In this document: piece by piece, positions 57,483-64,000 of the stretch
How positions within the stretch are numbered: the first letter of the stretch is position 1
How the letters are laid out: each line of letters opens with the position of its first letter
From: Octopus sinensis
Taxonomy: Eukaryota
Assembly (NCBI RefSeq): GCF_006345805.1
Contig: NC_043003.1
Span: forward strand, 57,102,001 to 57,166,000
Reading direction: 5' to 3'
Length of the DNA: 64,000 bases
The notes under the pieces: model-generated
What the model saw: the letters and a program-made list of their open reading frames with translations, nothing else
The model's database searches: none
What the model was told of the DNA's origin: nothing
Position numbers and translations under genes: made by a program

Positions 57483-57836
57483 GCATGGTTACATACATAC
57501 ACACGCACACAGACAGACACATATATTTATTTATGCGTTGGTTGCATGTGTGTGAGCATACATTCGTGCATATACATGTATTTTACCAGAATCTCAGAAT
57601 CTATACTAGCTAAAATATTTTTTAATTATATAACATATTTGTAGCCTTCTAATTATTTTACTTCACATCATATATATATACACTCATGTATGATTTTCTT
57701 TGATTTGTTTTGGAACTCGTATATACTGCTACAGCATCAAAGAAATAACTGTACATCAAAATGATACGAATACACTCACTCAAACACACACGTACACACG
57801 CACACATATATACAGGCATGCATATAAGTATATATG

Positions 57837-57885
<49 letters not shown>

Positions 57886-57957
57886 CACATATATTTATAT
57901 ATATATATAATATACATACGTATATCTATAAATGTATACATATACTTATATATATAC

Positions 57958-57992
<35 letters not shown>

Positions 57993-58378
57993 AATACATA
58001 TATACAAACACACACATGTAAGTATATAAATGCGTGTGTGTTTGTGTGTGCAATATTTGTGCACATCCATACATCGTGATGACGTCCGTGTATGTGATTT
58101 CGTATTTGGTTTCATATGATTTTACTCTGTGGCTATGTATATCTTGGCACATAATACTAATAACCGAACGCATTAACGGTGGCCGAAGTTTGTCAAAGAC
58201 TAACATTTTGGAAGATTCTACGAATGAAGACTTGTTCCAAATTTCTTTGCGTAATTTTAGATGGAAATCATTGCATAGGTTTCTTTCGGAACATGATTTG
58301 GCGGCAAATATTTCTGAAGAACTGCGTCATTTCTTCCAATGTCGTTGCAATATACTTAAGCCCAAACGAAGATATATA

Positions 58379-58414
<36 letters not shown>

Positions 58415-58560
58415 TGTGTGTGTCTGTGTGTGCGAGTGAATGTCCGTATATACACACACGTAGTGGCAGAGATTCAACCAGTCACAGACAACTGATTTAA
58501 AAGTCATACAATATATACACGTAATTGCGTCTGCATGTGTATACATATATGATCTCTCTC

Positions 58561-58620
<60 letters not shown>

Positions 58621-58685
58621 CCTATCTATCTATCTATCTACTTACCCATCCCTTTATCTATTTACTCTCCTCTCTCTCTCTCTCA

Positions 58686-58734
<49 letters not shown>

Positions 58735-58855
58735 ATTATAACGCATACTTATATATACTATACATATATTACATACACATATGTCTGTATATATATATCT
58801 ATAGATACACACACACATATATATGTATATATGTGTGTGTGTTTACGGAATATAT

Positions 58856-58907
<52 letters not shown>

Positions 58908-58931
58908 TATATATATATATATTACTATATA

Positions 58932-58963
<32 letters not shown>

Positions 58964-58965
<2 letters not shown>

Positions 58966-59310
58966 TTGAGTGTATATATGCAAGTTAACATGTATATATA
59001 TATATTGTTGTTAGCATCCTTTTTGTCTCGGGAGACAATGGAGTTGCGCATAAAATAGTCCAGTCCGGCTTTTACATTTCATGTCCTGAAACATTTCCTG
59101 CTGTGGCTGTGTAGTCCTATCCTGGACAAACAGAGGGAGTGTTGGCCAGGATAGGACTACACAGCCACAGCAGGAAATGTATCAGGACATGAAATGTAAA
59201 AGCCGGACTGGACTATTCTATGCGCAACTCCATTGTCTCCCGAGACAAAAAGGATGCTAACAACAATATATATATATATACATGTTATGCATGCATATAT
59301 ACACTCAAGT
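58964..59310. repeat. Long inverted repeat (~162-bp arms, 20-bp spacer)
   Basis: Arms 58964-59125 and 59146-59310. The inner ~120 bp differ at 2 positions; the outer arms include the (TA)n flank. Confidence 0.97.
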
Positions 59311-59502
59311 ACAGTTACATACAAAGGCACACACATACACTGGCACATACACATTGATGGCTGTTGAGGTTAAGTATGAGGTTTAGTATGGAAGCGCGTA
59401 GACGGTTTTCTAAATAGTACTTGCCGTGTCACAATGTATTTAGAAATCCCGTTATTTTGATTCATGAAAGTTTCTACGTTTCGACACCAACAACATAAAT
59501 TG

Positions 59503-59670
59503 ACAGTCCTGCTTTGGACAATGTTGCTATTGTTTAGCCCCAAGAAAATGCCTTTTCCAACTGGCTACATGCACATCCTCTGTGTCCGTATACAGTGAGC
59601 AAGGAAGTTAATGCTCCCCCGCCAGCCTTAGTGTTACCTGCGGACCAATGGTTTCTGAGTACTTTTCTTT
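59503..59670. mobile_element. Older partial copy of the same MITE in opposite orientation
   Basis: Its reverse complement matches the MITE interior (cactaaggctgg...ggagcattaact.ccttgctcac). Confidence 0.8.
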
Positions 59671-59844
59671 CCACGGTACAGGACAATCGCTGGTTAGAGA
59701 TGGCAGCCACTCGACCTTGCTCACAGTGTATACTTTTAAAGTGACACACCAACACTCTCGTAAACATCTCGTAAACACTCTCGTAAACAGAGACACAACT
59801 AGTTTTACATCTCTGAGCGGGAAATATGTAGTATCAATTCTGTA

Positions 59845-60130
59845 TAGTAAAGTCTATTTGCCTACGTAAAGTGGCAGTCTTGCTTAGGACGATATTACTG
59901 CTGTTGAGCCCCAGGAAAGCATTTTTCCCAGAAAAGGATATTACCCAGAATCCATTTGGCCTGCAGGTATCACTAAGGCTGGAGGAGGAGCATTAACTCC
60001 CTTGCTCACAGTTTACTGGCACAGATGATGTGTCGGTAGCCAGCAGGAAAAGAAGTTTTCCTGTGTCGAAACAGCAGTAACATCGTCCTAAGCAGGACTG
60101 CCACTTTACGTTGGCAAATAGACTTTACTA
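59845..60130. mobile_element. MITE with ~61-bp TIRs and TA flanks
   Basis: TIR tagtaaagtctatttgcc.acgtaaagtggcagtc.tgcttaggacgat.ttactgctgtt (3 mismatches); TA at 59843-59844 and 60131-60132. Confidence 0.9.
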
Positions 60131-60153
60131 TACATACATCCATACATATATAT

Positions 60154-60490
60154 TTTGGGCAAGTGTGTTCTATAATAACACCGGGCCAACTAAAGCCTTG
60201 TGAGTGGATTTTGTAGTCGGGAACTGAAAAAGGCCGGTTGTGCATTATGTATAAATGTGTATATGTGTCTTTCTATCTGTGTTTGTCCCACCATCACCCA
60301 TCACGGTTTGCCAAGTGGTGCTGGTGTGTTTATGCCCCCGTAACTGTAACTAGTGGTTCAGCAAAAAGAAACAGATAGAATAAGTATCAAGCTTAAAAAT
60401 ATAATTACTGGGGTCGATACCTCCGCCTAAATGTTCTGCAAGGCGGTGCCCCAGTATGGCCGCATACTAATAACTGAAACAAGAAAAGAA
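60154..60490 (+). mobile_element. SINE family B (headless)
   Basis: ttgggcaagtgt core and ggtgccccagtatggccgca tail. Confidence 0.8.
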
Positions 60491-61012
60491 ACATGGAAAA
60501 GAAAGCATACATATGTATATAAATATGAATATATGCGTATGTTCATATATATGTGTGTGTGTATGTGTGTGTGTGTGTCTGTCTGTCTGTATGTATATAC
60601 CTATATGTATATGACAAGTAAAATTTAACATGCATTAGTGGCAATTTAAAATACACCTCGTTTCCTCATAAATTGTTTAAAGATATTTTAATCAGGCTTT
60701 ACTGAGTTTCAATGTTTTGGTTATTCAACTTGTGAATATCTTCGGCAGCAACGGATATAGCGTTGACCATTTTGGTCAGGAATTGAGAAATCTCAGAACA
60801 TGAGAAAGCTACGTCTCATGAAAATATCCTAAGATAATTTCGGTTATATTGAGGTTTATTTGACACCGCCAATAAACGCCTTGAGTTATATTAGTTGTCG
60901 AGAGATATATAAATTAACTCCATATCCGTTATATTGATTGCATGATGTCATATGATATTTACTTAATTACCGCGTGTATGCATTTGTATATATATATGTG
61001 TATATATATGTG

Positions 61013-61069
<57 letters not shown>

Positions 61070-61384
61070 GTGTGTGGTGTGTGTGTGTGTGTGTGTGTGA
61101 GTGTATATGTGTGGGGGTGGGGTAGTGTATGTGTGCTTACGTATCGAATGCCTGCTATCTCCTCCCGCACACGTCCATTCATCTGTTTCTTCTTTCTTCT
61201 GAAACGTCTTTCTCCAAGTTTCCTCAGCATAGTTTTATCATCAAATATTTTCTTTGTTCGTTTGTTTGTTTGTTTCATTGCATTATATTTATTTACTTTT
61301 TAATTTATTACGCTTATTTATCTTTCCCACGTCTTTTTTTTTTCTCCCTTACTGTGTACGTATGTATAGATATGTGTGTGCGTG

Positions 61385-61434
<50 letters not shown>

Positions 61435-61959
61435 CCCGATTGCCCCCTTCTGCTGCTGTAGCTCTCGCTTTCGTTGTTGTTTCTTCCCCACAACCAACAG
61501 TCACTCGTTCATAATATCCTATCTGTTGCTTTAGGTTATTTTTCCCCCGGAAATATACAAATATAAAAAACAAAAATATAACAGACACGTATGTAATGTG
61601 ATAAAAATATTATCATCGTCAACATCATCACCACCATCTTCTTCGACGTCCTCTCCGTCGACCTCTTCGGCGTCTCAGTCATATTCTTCGTCATAAGCAT
61701 AACAGCGATATTCTTTTTGTTACTGTTGTTATTAATATTCTTCCGATTATCAATATTAGTTAGTAATCAATATTACTATGATTATCGTGGTTTTTCTTGT
61801 TAAGCTTCTATTATCGGAAAGAAAATCAATATTGGTTTAAAACTAACATTAACATTGTGATTTTGTTGTTGTTGTTGTTCTTGTTCTTGTTAAAATAATA
61901 ATAACTTTTGTTATTGTTATTGGTACTGTATTTCCTGTTGTTTTTGTTGGGTTATTTTT

Positions 61960-62014
61960 CTGTTGCTGTTAGTTGTTCCTGCTGCTGTTGCTGTTACCAC
62001 CACCACCACCACAA

Positions 62015-62061
<47 letters not shown>

Positions 62062-62323
62062 ATAATAATAATAATAATAATAATACTGCTACTACTACTA
62101 CTACTACTACTACTAATACTGCTCCTGCTGCTGCTACTGCTCCGACTGTTACTACTACTGCTGCTGCTGCTGAATGTTACCGGAAATGTGCTATAATTGC
62201 ATTATCGTGTGTGTTTACTGTTATTATTTAATGAAATAAGAAATGGCTACTTGTCAGTAACTCTTATTTTATCAGCCAACAATAACATTAGTAGCATCAT
62301 CATCATCATCATCGTCATCAATG

Positions 62324-62360
<37 letters not shown>

Positions 62361-62370
62361 CGTCATTACC
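61960..62370. repeat. Compound trinucleotide low-complexity region (CTG/CAC/TAC/TAA/CAT/CAA)
   Basis: Direct inspection. Confidence 0.9.
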
Positions 62371-62898
62371 ATCTTTAACAACAACAAACGTTATCGCTAC
62401 CAACAAGAAATAATAAACAAAAGCGAAAAAAACATCAAAAGCAACGGCTGCATCAATAACATCGAATACACGAATAACAACCGTTTCATCAACAATGAGA
62501 ACACAGCTATGTAAAGGCTCAACATCTGCTAGAAATAGCAGATAATTCACCCTAAAATCACACGTAATTTTCTTAGGAAAAAAAGAAGGCACGTAGGGTA
62601 GTGTAGTCAAATTCTTTTATAATTTTATACTTTTGATATTTTATTCTTTTACTTCTTTCTGCCATTAGAAGTTTAGTCAAACGAATCGAGCTCATTATTT
62701 TTATTTTTACGCCAGCTAATTATACTATCGGTTTCTTTTACCGAACTGATAAGTCACAGGGACATAAAAAAAAACTACACCGCTTATCAAGCGGTATTGG
62801 TGACAAAACTGACAGAGAAACAGACAGACAGACACGGTGCATGAGCACGGTAGACGAAAACTGGAAGCCCGTCATACATACATACATACATACATACA

Positions 62899-62930
<32 letters not shown>

Positions 62931-63017
62931 CACACACACACATACATACATACATACATACATAAATACATACATACATGCATACACACATATATATGTG
63001 TGTGTGTGTGTGTGTGT

Positions 63018-63180
63018 GGAGGCACATGGCCTAGTGGTTAGAGCGCCGAACTCGCGGTCGAGAGATTGCGGGTTCGAATCTCAGACCGGGCGATGTGTGT
63101 GTTTATGAGCGAAACACCTAAGCTCCAGCAGAAGGTAATGTCGAACTTCTGCTGACTCTTTCGCCACAACTTTCTCTCAC
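63018..63180 (+). mobile_element. SINE family C 5' half
   Basis: tggcctagtggttagagc and gggttcgaatctcagaccgggc; truncated after the core. Confidence 0.9.
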
Positions 63181-63819
63181 GTTGTGGTCAGAATTTTTGA
63201 AGAAGATGTGTGTGCATTTGTTCAGAGTCTATTCTATATGTCAAAAGAATGGAATAAATACAGTTAATCATACGTCTGCAGGATAAGACATAACATGGGA
63301 GTCAACAAGGACACCAATAACACCATCAATTAAAACGTGCTAAAATGGAAGCTACGTACTGGTCGCTAGTTGTGTTAGATGTAACGGTCATAGTTTTCTC
63401 GAATTACACTTTAATTTAGTAGTAGAATGCATTGGAAACTTTTGCTCAAAATGAGTGATGACGAACCTATGGCAGGCCAGATTTTAGGCTTGGGTGTAGC
63501 ATAGGAAACCACAGAAAGAAAAATCGACCTTCTGTTTATTTATAAGTATTTACCAAAATATTCAAATATATCTACAGATATGTAACATTCTAAAAATTGG
63601 ATTAATAGATAAATTAGAATTTCGACATACTTGCTAAATAAATATTGTTGATTTTATGGTTTCAAATTTCACTTTGCAATAATGTGCTTTCGGAGTCATA
63701 TGTGTATGTGTATGTATATGTGTATGTTTGACTGTATGCTTGTGCGTGTGAATGTGTATGTGTGTTTGTACATATCTATGAGTGTGTGTGTGTATACATA
63801 TCTATATGTGTGTCTTTGT

Positions 63820-64000
63820 GATTCCGTTGTGTTTCTACGCAGCATCCACTTGACAATCGGTGTTGTGTTGTTTACGTCCCTGTAACATATGACCTCGGCA
63901 AGCGAGATCAATGTACTAATTGTCCGGCTTAAAAAAAGGTCGATTTGCTCGGCTAAATCCTTCGAGGCGGTGTCTTTCTATGGTTTCTTTCCAATGATTA
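63820..64000 (+). mobile_element. SINE family B 3' half (degraded)
   Basis: cttgacaatcggtgttg..tttacgtccctgtaac. Confidence 0.65.

Noticed and set aside
58150-58370. Open frames in unique sequence (EDSTNEDLFQISLRNFRWKSL...)
   Set aside because: It is short, has no clear splice signals or start, and matches no family I recognise.
61908-62514. Poly-T/N/S/A ORFs as a low-complexity protein exon
   Set aside because: Repeat phases switch between frames and there is no flanking ordered domain, which is typical of non-coding trinucleotide tracts here.

Overview
This is AT-rich eukaryotic DNA, extremely rich in microsatellites. The SINE families and (TA)n/(GATA)n density suggest an octopus or other cephalopod genome (inference, not a database match). 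I found no intact, recognisable host protein-coding gene; almost all predicted ORFs are translated microsatellites. The window is a transposon landscape. It contains several modular tRNA-derived SINE families (including head-to-tail multimers), a full-length decayed mariner (1280 bp, D34D, TA TSD) and two R4/Dong-like non-LTR elements in (TAA)n. It also has three 3' fragments of another RLE-type LINE, an RTE 3' end, Penelope-like fragments with minimal hammerhead ribozyme motifs, MITEs and two long palindromes. The most notable structure is at 1229-3185. There, a Helentron/DINE-1-like element is interrupted by a ~1.75 kb insert. The insert encodes only a gag/ORF1-like CCHC protein and ends in the same 3' motif as the most abundant SINE.
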